DNA from: Candidatus Parcubacteria bacterium
GTDB lineage: Bacteria > Patescibacteriota > Minisyncoccia > JACPXH01
DNA length: 64,000 bases
NCBI GenBank assembly: GCA_016196625.1
Contig: JACPXH010000024.1
Coordinates: 1,206-65,205 of the forward strand
Direction of reading: 5' to 3'
This document shows positions 37,953 through 47,631 of this stretch, piece by piece. The first letter of the stretch is position 1, and every line of letters begins with the position of its first letter. Made by a program: the position numbers and the translations under genes. A model generated the notes under the pieces. That model did not search any database. It was not told where the DNA came from and worked only from the letters and a program-made list of their open reading frames with translations.

Positions 37953-38075
37953 ATTTCAAATGCCAAAGCTCAAATGACAAATAAAATCCAAAGCCCAAAG
38001 TTCAAAACGGTCTTGTCATTGGGATTTTGAGCTTTGAGCTTGACTTGAAATTTGGATTTTGGCATTTTGATTTCG
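37953..38075. repeat. Heptamer-array palindromic repeat, copy B (TTCAAAT GCCAAAG CTCAAAT GACAAAT ... TCCAAAG CCCAAAG TTCAAAA, then the inverted complement).
   Basis: Read directly; coordinates within about 2 nt. Confidence 0.6.
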
Positions 38076-38112
38076 TTTAGGATGCTGCTCCATTTAGTTC
38101 TTTTTGGGCTCT

Positions 38113-38236
38113 GGGGTCAACCCCGTTAGAAGTTCAACCACGAATCTGTTTTCGAGGGAACCAAGAGGCGAAGCCGACTACGTCTTATAAACATGCCTCA
38201 TAAGTCGGTCTAACTGAAACTTCTAACGGGGTCAAG
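38113..38236. mobile_element. MITE-like element, variant copy 1, with terminal inverted repeats CCCCGTTAGAAGTT...AACTTCTAACGGGG.
   Basis: 14-bp perfect TIR related to the ACCCCGTTAGAAAAC family at 40431, 52320 and 55171. The internal sequence is different. Confidence 0.5.
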
Positions 38237-38247
38237 TATTGGGGGCA

Positions 38248-38277
38248 TTGACAATGTATAGATTTGTTTGCTATAAT
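38248..38277 (+). promoter_or_regulatory. Consensus promoter TTGACA, 18-bp spacer, TATAAT, upstream of gene 38420.
   Basis: Exact hexamers. Confidence 0.4.
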
Positions 38278-38419
38278 GTAAGAGGAAAATGAAGGCCTAG
38301 GAAATTGGCTCTACGGCTCAATGGTGGGCCAGACGAGCCGAAATCCGAGGCCAGTCCTTTGAGAGTTCGGTGCGGTTGGCTTTGCGGCGACCAGACGGTC
38401 TGCCGCGAAAGGAGGAGCC

Positions 38420-39076
38420 ATGAAGAAGATGAAGATGATGTTGGCGTGGGTGGTGTTGGCGGTCGCGATCGTCGCGGCCGCGCCCATCGGGGCGTGGGCC
38501 GCGGGGTACGAGACCCGGTCCGGGTCCACCTCGACCAGCACGACGGACACTGTGTCCGGCGTGCCGGTGCCCGGGGGCGGGACCCGGAACACGTCCACTT
38601 CGAACTCGTCCAGCGATTCGTTCTCCCGTTCCCGCCCGGTGTACGATGGCTGGGAGCGGGCGAACATGACGGCCTCGACGGCCGTCAACGTCGTGGGGGC
38701 CATGCAGAGTATCACAGGCCTCTTCGGCGGAATGGCGGCCGGGCCGGTCGTGGCCACCCCGACGGGCGTTTACGCGCCCAACGGGAACGGCGGCTACGGC
38801 GGCTATTACGGCGGCGGGTACTACGGCGGTGGGCAGCAAGTTCCGCCGCTCGTGTACCAGCGGACCGTCAGCACCGCGGGCCCGCCGGCTCCGATCTGTT
38901 ATACTTACGCCGGGGTCTGTGACGTATGGACCCCGCAGGGGTGGCAGAGGGTTCCGATGCCGGCAACGCAGCCGGCCCCGATGCCGACCGTTACGGCCCA
39001 AGTCGGTCCGCGCTGCGGCTACGAGCAGCGGACCGACGGCCACGGGTTCTACTGGCAGGAGTACGTTTGCCGGTAG
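38420..39076 (+). CDS. Secreted Ser/Thr/Gly/Tyr-rich protein with a YGGYYGGGYYGGG segment and 4 C-terminal Cys.
   Basis: Signal peptide MKKMKMMLAWVVLAVAIVAAAPIGAWA; strong SD AAAGGAGGAG. Confidence 0.5.
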   Translation: MKKMKMMLAWVVLAVAIVAAAPIGAWAAGYETRSGSTSTSTTDTVSGVPVPGGGTRNTSTSNSSSDSFSRSRPVYDGWERANMTASTAVNVVGAMQSITGLFGGMAAGPVVATPTGVYAPNGNGGYGGYYGGGYYGGGQQVPPLVYQRTVSTAGPPAPICYTYAGVCDVWTPQGWQRVPMPATQPAPMPTVTAQVGPRCGYEQRTDGHGFYWQEYVCR

Positions 39077-39114
39077 GGCCGCGGCCCACCGTTCCTTTCC
39101 GTAGTTCTCTCTCC

Positions 39115-39150
39115 GAGGCGCCTTGCGCAAGCAAGGCGCCTCTTTCTTTA
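39115..39150 (+). terminator. Rho-independent terminator (GAGGCGCCTTGC-GCAA-GCAAGGCGCCTC followed by TTTCTTTA).
   Basis: 12-bp perfect stem plus T-run. Confidence 0.55.
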
Positions 39151-39290
39151 CTCCTCGTTAAGCGACGGGGAGAGCTTCGCTCGAAGAATAACCGAGGCGG
39201 GACAGTTTCCAGATGGTCATAAGACAACTTGACGTCCTCGGCCACGGTCGGTTAGCATCAGTTATTAACAGTTGTTACCTGCCTTTCGCT

Positions 39291-39599
39291 ATGAGAACAC
39301 ACCGAACCATGACAGTTTCGCTCCCGCCTGAGATGGTGGCGGATATCGAGAAGGTCCGGCGAACAGAGCGGCGCACCCGTTCGGAACTGGTTCGCGAGGC
39401 GCTGCGCGTGTATTTCGATAGGATCCGCACGCTTCCGGTGTACACCCCCACTCGTCAGGAGCTCCGAGAGATAGAAAAAGGTCGGGCAGAAATGCGCCGA
39501 GGAAATTACTACACCCTCGATGAATTCAGTCGGTGGCTCTTGGGGCGTCCACATAAAAAAAGCCGCGCAAAAACGGTTGCGGCGCGCCCCGAGGCCTGA
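39291..39599 (+). CDS. Ribbon-helix-helix (CopG/Arc-type) antitoxin.
   Basis: MTVSLPPEMVADIEKVRRTERRTRSELVREALRVYF matches the RHH pattern; start MRTHRT (track ORF from 39213). Confidence 0.55.
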   Translation: MRTHRTMTVSLPPEMVADIEKVRRTERRTRSELVREALRVYFDRIRTLPVYTPTRQELREIEKGRAEMRRGNYYTLDEFSRWLLGRPHKKSRAKTVAARPEA

Positions 39600-39804
39600 G
39601 CGGGAACGGCTCGACGCGGCGCTCAGGCAGATGCAGCGAGACCCCTTTGGGGGCGACGTAGAACGTTTGGTTTATCAACCCACTGCCTTTCGGCGTCGCG
39701 TCGGTGATTGGCGGATTTTCTTTGACGTGGATTTCTCGCGCCGGCTTGTGGAAGTGCGCCTCATCGAACGTCGCGCCACGAGCACGTATCGGCGCCGCAA
39801 GTGA
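39520..39804 (+). CDS. RelE/ParE-family type II toxin.
   Basis: C-terminal VGDWRIFFDVDFSRRLVEVRLIERR matches the ParE/RelE core. Overlaps the antitoxin; an alternative TTG start lies at 39574. Confidence 0.5.
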   Translation: MNSVGGSWGVHIKKAAQKRLRRAPRPERERLDAALRQMQRDPFGGDVERLVYQPTAFRRRVGDWRIFFDVDFSRRLVEVRLIERRATSTYRRRK

Positions 39805-39912
39805 CCAAATGGACGTTGGGGAAATGAGATTATTTATCCCTGGGCGTTTATAATTTCCCCGTCCTTATGACGATGAGTCGGGGCCTTTTTTATTTCTGCC
39901 CCGCTTGCTAGA

Positions 39913-40425
39913 TTGTGGAGGATGCAGGCGTATGAAATTGAGCTTCGCGGCGAGCGTGCCACGCGCAAAGCCGGCCAGATCTTGGGCGAGCTCCTGCGCC
40001 AGCAGCCGACAGGCAAGCGGGACTTCGTGCTCGCGCTCGAAGGCGAGCTCGGCGCGGGCAAAACCACTTTTATCCGTGGTCTTGCCAAGGGCCTCGGCAT
40101 CCGCTCCAAAATCACCAGCCCTTCGTTTCTTGTCGCGAAGCGATACACCATTCCCTCGGCCCGTACGCGCCGGAGATCCTTCGGGCTTCGCCCTCAGGAT
40201 GACGGGAAGGGGAGAGTGTTTTGGCATTTTGATTTCTACCGTCTAGAACGCCCCACGCAGCGCGACCTTGAGCTCCTCAATTTCCATCAAATCCTGAGCG
40301 ATCTCCACACCATCGTCGCGATTGAGTGGGCGGAGCGGGCTATGCATTCTTTGCCCGAGAAACGACTTACCCTTCGCTTCACCACTTTGAATTCAAGGGC
40401 GCGAAAACTCATTGTTTCAGAATGA
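39913..40425 (+). CDS. tsaE: tRNA t6A37 threonylcarbamoyladenosine biosynthesis protein TsaE (YjeE-type P-loop ATPase).
   Basis: Walker A LEGELGAGKTTFIRGLAKGLG and the conserved SPSF motif. Confidence 0.65.
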   Translation: MWRMQAYEIELRGERATRKAGQILGELLRQQPTGKRDFVLALEGELGAGKTTFIRGLAKGLGIRSKITSPSFLVAKRYTIPSARTRRRSFGLRPQDDGKGRVFWHFDFYRLERPTQRDLELLNFHQILSDLHTIVAIEWAERAMHSLPEKRLTLRFTTLNSRARKLIVSE

Positions 40426-40430
40426 CAAAT

Positions 40431-40534
40431 GTCAACCCCGTTAGAAAACAAGATTTTGTTTCATCGAAAGCAAGAACTCTTTAGTAGACTGACGGGCCGG
40501 AGAAAGTACGACCAACGAGTTTTCTAACGGGGTC
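40431..40534. mobile_element. MITE-like TIR element, copy 2 (TIR ACCCCGTTAGAAAAC ... GTTTTCTAACGGGGT).
   Basis: Near-identical to copies at 52320-52422 and, in reverse orientation, at 55171-55273. Confidence 0.6.
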
Positions 40535-40607
40535 AAAGCTCAAATGGCAAATCAAAAGTTCAAATGTCAAAAAAGCGTTTTGGATTTTGTCGTTTGGATT
40601 TTTGGTG
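40535..40607. repeat. Heptamer-array repeat, copy C, abutting TIR copy 2 and ending 3 nt before the polA start codon.
   Basis: GTCAAAG CTCAAAT GGCAAAT ... TTCAAAT GTCAAAA, then the inverted half. Confidence 0.55.
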
Positions 40608-40610
40608 ATT

Positions 40611-43232
40611 ATGTCTATGCGCAAAGTGCCGACCAAGAAAAAAACCGTTGTCCTCATTGATGGCCACGCGCTCATCCACCGCGCCTACCACGCGCTCCCG
40701 CCGCTTACGGCAGCGGGCGGAGAAGTTGTGAACGCGGTGTACGGGTTCGTATCGTTGTTGTTCAAAATGTATGAGGACTTGAGGCCCGATTACGTGCTGG
40801 CCGCCTTTGATCTGCCCGGCCCCACGTTTAGGCACGAGGCCTTTGAAGCTTATAAAGCCCAGCGCGCCGAGACGCCTTCGGACTTGGACAGCCAGTTTCC
40901 CAAGGTTAAAGAGGTCCTTCACGCATTCAACGTGCCGGTGCTCGAAGCCGAAGGGTTTGAGGCCGATGACGTGATCGGAACGCTCGTCGAAAAACTTGAG
41001 GAGCGCGATGATGTTCGGCTTGTAATTCTCACGGGCGACCTCGACACGCTCCAGCTGGTCTCGAGTAAAACCTCGGTCTATACGTTGAAGCGCGGTATGT
41101 CCGAGACCGTTGAATACACACCCCAGGCAGTGCGGGAGCGCTACGAAGGTTTGAAGCCAAGCCAAGTCGCGGATTTGAAGGGACTCAAGGGTGATCCATC
41201 GGATAATATTCCGGGCGTGCCCGGGGTGGGGGAGAAAACCGCTATTCAGCTGTTGCAGAATTTTGGGACGATTGAAAAACTGTACGCGGTTCTCGAAAAC
41301 ACAAAGCCCAAAACACAAAGCCCAAACAAAGCCCAGAGTACAAAACTGTCGCCGAAACTGGTTGAAAAATTGTTAGCGAATAAAGATCAAGCGTTTTTTT
41401 CCAAAGAGCTCGCCACGATCCGGCGCGACGCGCCGATTCGATTCCGGTTGGAAGACGCGTCGGTCAAAGGCATTGATCGCGCTAAGATATCGGCGCTGTT
41501 TAAGCGCTTTGGGTTCTACACGCTCTTGAAGCGTCTGCCCGGCGAACTCAAGGCCGAGGCGCCGCAAATTGAAACGCGCGAGGCCGCAGCCACCACCATC
41601 GCGAAAACCGCAGGCACCTTAGCGCTGGCACTCACCGACTCTGGCACGCTCGACGTCGCGAGTTCCAAGCATGCAGCGACTACGGTGGGTTTTGGGGACA
41701 TTCCGCCCGAACTGCGCGCCACTCTTTCATCAGCGAACGTGGTGAAAATCTTCCACGACGCCAAGTCAATCTTGAAGCTGCTCCGCCGCGCCGGCGTCAA
41801 TGTACGGGGCGAGCCGCCAGCCGGCGGATTCGACACCATGGTTGCGGCCTACCTGCTTGCCCCGGGCAGCCGCGATTACTCCCTCGAGCGCCTTGCCTTC
41901 CGCGAATTTCGCCGCACGCCCGGCACGCTGACACATCCGGCCTGCCTCGCCTTCGAGCTGGCCGAACCGCTGAAAACTAAGCTCGAGAAAGCTGGCGCGT
42001 GGCCGCTTTTTCAAAAGATCGAAATGCCGCTCGTCCCCATCCTGGCCGAGATGGAAGAAGCGGGGATCACGGTTGATGCCACTGCGCTCCGGGAACTTTC
42101 GAAAACGCTCTCGGCCGAGCTCAAAAAACGCGCGGCTAAAATCTACAAGCTGGCGGGCGAAGAGTTTAACGTCAATTCCACCCAAGTCTTGCGCAAAATC
42201 CTCTTTGAAAAACTTCAGCTTTCAGTCAAAGGCTTGAAGAAAACCCCGACTGGCGAACTCTCCACGGCCGCGGGCGGCCTTGAGAAGCTCCGCGAGGTCC
42301 ACCCCATCGTGCCCCTTATTTTGGAGTACCGCGAAATTTTTAAAATCAAATCCACTTATGCGGATGCGCTCCCCGAGCTCTTGAGTCCCGAGACCGGGCG
42401 TGTGCACACGACCTTCAACCAGACCGTAGCCGCAACTGGCAGACTGTCTAGTTCAGATCCCAACCTCCAGAACATTCCCACCTTCGGCGAATACGGTCAG
42501 GCAATCCGGAATGCGTTCATGGCGGCCAGGGGCTATACGCTCCTTGCGTGCGACTACTCGCAGCTGCAGCTTAGAATTGCGGCCTCGCTCGCTAAAGACG
42601 AAAAGATGTTAGCTGCCTTCAGGGCAGGCCGCGATATTCATGCGCTTACCGCGGCTGAAATTTTCGAAGTACCCATTGGGAAAGTAACCCCAGAGCAGCG
42701 TCGGGAAGCGAAAGCGCTCAATTTCGGGGTTCTCTACGGCATGGGTGTGACCGGCTTTGCCGAGTCAGCCGGCATTGAACGGCAGCGCGCCAAAGAGTTC
42801 ATCGAGCGCTACAAACGTGAGTTTTTCGGCATCTCGGTATATATGGAAGCAGTGAAAATGCAGGCGCGTAACCTTGGCTACGTCGAAACCTTGCTTGGCC
42901 GCAGGCGGTATCTGCCCGAAATTCTGTCCCCCAATAATATGCTTGAGGCCGCGGCTGAACGCATGGCCATCAATCATCCGATTCAGGGGCTGGAGGCGGA
43001 TATCGTAAAACTGGCGATGATCGAGATTGGCAAACTGCTCCGCGGGCGCGAAGAAGATTGTCGTATGCTGCTGCAAGTGCACGACGAACTGGTGTTTGAA
43101 ATTAGGCCGGAATTTGTGGCGGAGCTGGCGCCAAAGATTCTTGCGGCCATGGAGGGCGTGTTTACCCTTGAAGCACCGCTGGTGGCCGAAGCAAAAGCCG
43201 GAAAGCGGTGGGGGAACATGGAGGAATTTTGA
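40611..43232 (+). CDS. polA: DNA polymerase I (5'-3' exonuclease, 3'-5' exonuclease-like and polymerase domains).
   Basis: Pol A motifs DYSQLQLR and QVHDELVFE; N-terminal 5' nuclease. Start set at the ATG at 40611; the track ORF has a TTG at 40587 inside the repeat. Confidence 0.9.
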   Translation: MSMRKVPTKKKTVVLIDGHALIHRAYHALPPLTAAGGEVVNAVYGFVSLLFKMYEDLRPDYVLAAFDLPGPTFRHEAFEAYKAQRAETPSDLDSQFPKVKEVLHAFNVPVLEAEGFEADDVIGTLVEKLEERDDVRLVILTGDLDTLQLVSSKTSVYTLKRGMSETVEYTPQAVRERYEGLKPSQVADLKGLKGDPSDNIPGVPGVGEKTAIQLLQNFGTIEKLYAVLENTKPKTQSPNKAQSTKLSPKLVEKLLANKDQAFFSKELATIRRDAPIRFRLEDASVKGIDRAKISALFKRFGFYTLLKRLPGELKAEAPQIETREAAATTIAKTAGTLALALTDSGTLDVASSKHAATTVGFGDIPPELRATLSSANVVKIFHDAKSILKLLRRAGVNVRGEPPAGGFDTMVAAYLLAPGSRDYSLERLAFREFRRTPGTLTHPACLAFELAEPLKTKLEKAGAWPLFQKIEMPLVPILAEMEEAGITVDATALRELSKTLSAELKKRAAKIYKLAGEEFNVNSTQVLRKILFEKLQLSVKGLKKTPTGELSTAAGGLEKLREVHPIVPLILEYREIFKIKSTYADALPELLSPETGRVHTTFNQTVAATGRLSSSDPNLQNIPTFGEYGQAIRNAFMAARGYTLLACDYSQLQLRIAASLAKDEKMLAAFRAGRDIHALTAAEIFEVPIGKVTPEQRREAKALNFGVLYGMGVTGFAESAGIERQRAKEFIERYKREFFGISVYMEAVKMQARNLGYVETLLGRRRYLPEILSPNNMLEAAAERMAINHPIQGLEADIVKLAMIEIGKLLRGREEDCRMLLQVHDELVFEIRPEFVAELAPKILAAMEGVFTLEAPLVAEAKAGKRWGNMEEF

Positions 43233-43262
43233 ACTTTGCATTTTTAACTTTTCATTTCTTTT

Positions 43263-44072
43263 GTGCCTGAATTGCCCGAAGTCGAAACCACCGTGCGCGC
43301 GCTCAACCGTGCCATTGCTGGTCGGCGGATTCGTTCGGCGTGGGTGGGTTGGCGTCGGCTCTTTGAGCGTTCGCCCGAGCGCCGCGCTCTGCCCGCCGCG
43401 CTTGTCGGCAGGCGGATTTATCGCGTTGACCGTACTGGCAAGTTCGTCTGTTTTCGGTTTGCGAGCGGGGCAACTTTGGCGCTCCACCAAAAAATGTCTG
43501 GTCGGATCACGATTGGCGCGCCGGATCAGTACGCGCGTTTTACGCTCACGCTTGATGACGGCCGGCAGGTGGTTTTTTCCGACAAGCGTAAATTCGGCCG
43601 GGGGTACTTTTACCGACGAGCAATCGGCGAGCCGCTCACTGGTCTCGGGCCTGACGCGGCGGCGCTGGCCGCGGACCCAGCAGCGTTCGGGCAGCGTCTA
43701 GCGGCGCGCCGCGGGCGCATCAAATCCGTGTTGCTGAATCAAGCCGTAGTCGCCGGGATTGGCAACATCTATGCGGATGAGATTTTGTGGCGCGCCAAGA
43801 TTCATCCCGTTCGTCTCGCCTCGGTCTTAACTACTGTTGATCACCGTCGCCTGGCCGCGGCCACGCGCGCCGTGCTTGGGCAGGCGATGCGGCGGGGCGG
43901 GACGAGCTTTCGCGATTACCTTGATCCAAATCTGCGCCGCGGTACGTATTGGACCGTGCGCGCTGTCTATCAGCGAGCCGGCGAGCCATGCCGGCGTTGC
44001 CGTACGTCTATCCAGAAGGCAACAGTTGGCGGTCGCGGTACGCACTACTGTCCAACCTGCCAACGGGTTTAA
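43263..44072 (+). CDS. mutM: Formamidopyrimidine-DNA glycosylase (Fpg/MutM).
   Basis: N-terminal (M)PELPEVET and a C-terminal zinc finger CRRCRTSIQK...CPTC; GTG start. Confidence 0.85.
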   Translation: MPELPEVETTVRALNRAIAGRRIRSAWVGWRRLFERSPERRALPAALVGRRIYRVDRTGKFVCFRFASGATLALHQKMSGRITIGAPDQYARFTLTLDDGRQVVFSDKRKFGRGYFYRRAIGEPLTGLGPDAAALAADPAAFGQRLAARRGRIKSVLLNQAVVAGIGNIYADEILWRAKIHPVRLASVLTTVDHRRLAAATRAVLGQAMRRGGTSFRDYLDPNLRRGTYWTVRAVYQRAGEPCRRCRTSIQKATVGGRGTHYCPTCQRV

Positions 44073-44084
44073 AATGGGAGCAGC

Positions 44085-45158
44085 ATGAAGTCTCGACGCC
44101 GCCAGATTTTCTTGGCCGTTTCGGTTCCGCTCATGGCGCTGGGGCTGTTAGCTGTTTTTCTGTATGCGCGCGGCCGGTTTGCCGTGGTTAACCGCGGCGC
44201 TGCCGGTGCGCCCGCGACCTCGTCCGTTGCGGCAACGCCCACAACCACAAGCCCCTTCACTGGTCTGCCGTGCCCAAACGCCAAGAGTCGGCCCTTGGCC
44301 GTGATGCTCTCGGAAGACGATGCCGCGCGGCCGCTTTCGGGCATTACCAAGGCTGATCTGGTGGTGGAGATGCCGGTGGTAACCGGGTTGGTCAATCGTT
44401 TGATGGTGGTCTACCAGTGCGAAAGTCCCGCTGAGATCGGCTCGGTGCGTTCGGCCCGGCACGACTTTATCCCGATTGCGGCAGCTTTAGATTCTATTTA
44501 TGCCCACTGGGGCGGATCGCATTTTGCGCTCGAGCAACTGAACCAGCATGTTATTGACAATATAGATGCCTTGCCCAACCCGGCCGACGCGTTCTTTCGA
44601 AAAAAGAACATCCGCGAGCCACATAATGGCTTCACGTCGAGCGAGCGTCTGCTGCGGGCGAGCCGCACGCTTGGCTATCGGACCGAGCTTCGCGACAATG
44701 TCGGCTACCCGCATGCTTCGGCGGGCTCGGCCCAAGCTGCGGGCACCACGACCGCCGAGGCAGTAGGGCAGCCGGGGGATCTCACGATAGGCTACCCCAA
44801 TTCGTTCGAGGTGCGGTTTCACTACGACCCGCAGTCCAAGCAATACCTGCGCTTTCGCGACGGCCGGGCCGAGCGCGACAAACTGGACGCCTCGCAAGTG
44901 GCGGTGGCCACTGTGGTGGTGATGCGAGCGGTTTCCTATCAGATTGAAGGCGAATACAACACAGTAAAAATTGAAGGGGAGGGTCAAGCCGCTTTTTACC
45001 TCAATGGCCAAGAGATCCGGGGTCGGTGGCAGAAAGATCGGGCCACGCGCGAAAGCCCGCTCAAGTTTTTCGACAGTCAAGGTCGGGAGGTGTTGTTTCA
45101 ACCGGGCAAGATTTGGATCGCGGTCATCGAACCGGACCGGCCGGTTACGTGGCGCTGA
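44085..45158 (+). CDS. Secreted/lipoprotein-like conserved hypothetical protein (DUF3048-like).
   Basis: N-terminal TM/signal; domain call from memory only. Confidence 0.35.
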   Translation: MKSRRRQIFLAVSVPLMALGLLAVFLYARGRFAVVNRGAAGAPATSSVAATPTTTSPFTGLPCPNAKSRPLAVMLSEDDAARPLSGITKADLVVEMPVVTGLVNRLMVVYQCESPAEIGSVRSARHDFIPIAAALDSIYAHWGGSHFALEQLNQHVIDNIDALPNPADAFFRKKNIREPHNGFTSSERLLRASRTLGYRTELRDNVGYPHASAGSAQAAGTTTAEAVGQPGDLTIGYPNSFEVRFHYDPQSKQYLRFRDGRAERDKLDASQVAVATVVVMRAVSYQIEGEYNTVKIEGEGQAAFYLNGQEIRGRWQKDRATRESPLKFFDSQGREVLFQPGKIWIAVIEPDRPVTWR

Positions 45159-45162
45159 ACCA

Positions 45163-46137
45163 ATGGTAATTTTTCTTTTTGGTCCAGACACCTTCCGGAG
45201 CCGCGAGAAACTGCGGCGTGTCGTGGTACAGTACCAAGATAAAGTTCCAGAAGCCTGGGGGCTGGCGCGGTTCGCCGGGGGTGAGCTAACCGGGGTAGAC
45301 ATTGGCGTAGCACTGCGGGGCAACTCGCTCTTCCAGAGAAAACGTCTGGTCGTTTTTGAGCGTCCGGACGAAAGCCCAGCTGAAATTCAAGCGCAGCTGA
45401 TGGCTCTGTTGGGATCGCGTGAGCTTATCGAGTCAACGGATACTGTGGCCGTGGTGTGGTTTTCTGGTTCTCTCCAAAAGGGGTCGGATTTCGCGCGGCT
45501 GGCCGCGCGCAAAGGTATCCGGGTTGAATCGTTTGAACTCCTTGGGGGCGCTCCCCTCAAGCGTTGGATTGGGGCGTACGCTCGCGAGCTCGGCGCGACC
45601 ATCGAGGCCGGAGCGGTGGCTGCGCTCGTGGCAGCGTGCGGCGCTGACACCTGGCGGCTCGCCCTGGAACTGGAAAAGCTGGTTTCGTACGCGGCGGGTA
45701 AGGCAGTCAGCACAGCTCATGTGGCCGCGCTTGTGGTGCAGCCGGCCAGCCCGCACGCGTTTGCTTTGGCCGATGCAGTGGCCAAACGAGATCGGTCCAG
45801 GGCCCTCGAGCTTTTACACGAGCATCTGGAGGCTGGCGACTCTCCGCAGGCGCTCGTGGGGATGATGGCCTACGCGCTGCGCACGCTTGTTCTCGTGCGC
45901 GCGGCCTCGGTTGAACCAGCGGTGCACAAGTCAGGACCGCCAACAGCCATGCTTGTCAAAACCCTCGACTTACACCCTTTTGTTGTTGCCAAAGCCCTCC
46001 GGCACATTGAGCAATTTACGCAACCAGAACTCCGCCGGGCAATCCAGTTTCTCGCCGACACGGATTGGCGCATGAAAACCGGCCGGCTCGACCCCGCGTT
46101 AGCACTTGAGCGATTCGTGGTGGCGGTAACCAAGTAA
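45163..46137 (+). CDS. holA: DNA polymerase III delta subunit.
   Basis: N-terminus MVIFLFGPDTF...; about 325 aa; start set at the internal ATG 45163. Confidence 0.65.
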   Translation: MVIFLFGPDTFRSREKLRRVVVQYQDKVPEAWGLARFAGGELTGVDIGVALRGNSLFQRKRLVVFERPDESPAEIQAQLMALLGSRELIESTDTVAVVWFSGSLQKGSDFARLAARKGIRVESFELLGGAPLKRWIGAYARELGATIEAGAVAALVAACGADTWRLALELEKLVSYAAGKAVSTAHVAALVVQPASPHAFALADAVAKRDRSRALELLHEHLEAGDSPQALVGMMAYALRTLVLVRAASVEPAVHKSGPPTAMLVKTLDLHPFVVAKALRHIEQFTQPELRRAIQFLADTDWRMKTGRLDPALALERFVVAVTK

Positions 46138-46190
46138 CAAGTTTAGGCGATCGCCTGAAAATGTTTTGAGTGGCGGGAGGCAAAAAGTAG

Positions 46191-46220
46191 GACGTCCGCG
46201 CACCTTTGGTGCGCGGACGT
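46191..46220. terminator. Bidirectional terminator between convergent holA and rpsT (GACGTCCGCGCACC-TTT-GGTGCGCGGACGT).
   Basis: 14-bp stem; T/A runs on both sides. Confidence 0.55.
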
Positions 46221-46285
46221 TGAGTTGTTGGATCGATTCGTTGATTCAGTTGGTCGGCCAATCAAGCGGCGACTCACTTCGAACT

Positions 46286-46552
46286 TCAATGTTTCGTGCC
46301 TGCAGTCGCTTGCGTAATGCGCGATTTGAGACGGCTCGCTTTGTTCGGTTTGATGACGTTGCGCTGGGCGGCCTTGTCAAGGGCCTTGTAGAGTTGCGGC
46401 AAGAGCGTTCGGGCCTCATCAAGCTTGCCGGCAGCAACAGCCTTCCGGACGGCTTTGACGGCACTGCGCAATGCTTCTTTGCGTTTGATGTTGCGTGCCC
46501 GGCGGCGGACATTCTGCCGGAGGGCTTTTTTTGCAGATGCAGTGATTGGCAT
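46286..46552 (-). CDS. rpsT: 30S ribosomal protein S20.
   Basis: MPITASAKKALRQNVRRRARNIKRKEALRSAVKAV... matches the S20 family. Confidence 0.9.
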   Translation of the reverse strand: MPITASAKKALRQNVRRRARNIKRKEALRSAVKAVRKAVAAGKLDEARTLLPQLYKALDKAAQRNVIKPNKASRLKSRITQATAGTKH

Positions 46553-46642
46553 AATCGGCGTGAATAGAATATCAGGGGTTTAGAGACTTTGCAATGTTTG
46601 CGGCCCGCCCATGTGGGCGGGCCGCTTCAGGAATCGTTTCGG

Positions 46643-47152
46643 TTACTTCCGTCGTCGCCGCGTAGCCGCGGCGGGGTTGCCTCTGGCTCGATACCGTTCG
46701 TCCTCCCGCGCATAGTCTATCGTGTGTTGTTCGGCACGTGCGCGCGCGAGCTGCTTGAGCACGCGATTCAAGATGCCGTCTGCAAACGTGGCCGGGTAGC
46801 CAACTACGTTGATGGCGTACTGATACGCCTTGTCGATTAGTTCGGCAAGGCAGTCAGTTTCAGCGCCGTGGATCTCACCGCGCGCGATGAGCGACTCGAG
46901 CGCAGCATTCAGCGCGCGAAGCGCGTACTCGACCGGCAGCTGCAGATCTGGGGGTACGCTCGCGAGCCGTTCAGCGATGATGGTCGTCAACTCGCGATCC
47001 ACGCTTGCGAGGCGGCTTGTCAGTTCGCGGCGGCGCTCGATCAGATGGGCGATAGATCCGTTCGGGTCAACGGCTCTGCGGTTATGCAGCGCGAGCCCAT
47101 GGTACCAGAGCATGATACGATCAGCGGCGTTTTTCACATCATCGTTCATCAC
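46643..47152 (-). CDS. Hypothetical protein (169 aa).
   Basis: ORF track; ATGA-coupled to the upstream gene. Confidence 0.4.
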   Translation of the reverse strand: MMNDDVKNAADRIMLWYHGLALHNRRAVDPNGSIAHLIERRRELTSRLASVDRELTTIIAERLASVPPDLQLPVEYALRALNAALESLIARGEIHGAETDCLAELIDKAYQYAINVVGYPATFADGILNRVLKQLARARAEQHTIDYAREDERYRARGNPAAATRRRRK

Positions 47153-47631
47153 GCTCCTCCGTGCGGCTGGTCAGCCGCGGCGCGCTTGCTTTGTGTGAAC
47201 ACCTGCTCGAACCGCTCGAGCCCGAAAAGCGTACCGATCATCTCTGGTTCGTAGCCGTGCTCAAGCGCAAAGGTGCGAGCCGCCTTCAGAGCCGTGTAGA
47301 GCCCCACGGCCTCATCGCTCTGGCCTCGGCCGAGCTCCGTGAGTCGCCTGAGCCGTCGATCCATGTTCCCGATGAGATTGCCGAGCTTGCCGTCGTGACA
47401 GAGTTCCTCGAGCATGGCCGGAGAAAGCGAAGCGAGGATGCGATTTTCGATCCGCCAAGCGCGCGTCAGCAGATCGCGGCGGCTAGCGAGGTGCGTCGCA
47501 ACCTTACTGTCCGGATCCAACTCACGGTTCTGCTCCCCTAGGAACTCTATGATGAGCGCGATCGGCTCAACTACCTGGAAATCGTCCGCATGGTACTCCG
47601 GCGCCTCCTGTTCCACTTCGTTTTCAGCCAT
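47149..47631 (-). CDS. Hypothetical protein (160 aa, acidic N-terminus); SD GGAGGG upstream.
   Basis: ORF track. Confidence 0.4.
   Translation of the reverse strand: MAENEVEQEAPEYHADDFQVVEPIALIIEFLGEQNRELDPDSKVATHLASRRDLLTRAWRIENRILASLSPAMLEELCHDGKLGNLIGNMDRRLRRLTELGRGQSDEAVGLYTALKAARTFALEHGYEPEMIGTLFGLERFEQVFTQSKRAAADQPHGGA

Noticed and set aside
41296-41348. CAAAGCCCAAA direct repeats inside polA.
   Set aside because: In-frame coding low-complexity linker (TKPKTQSPNKAQSTK) within polA, not an intergenic array. Noted only as possibly related to the heptamer repeat words.
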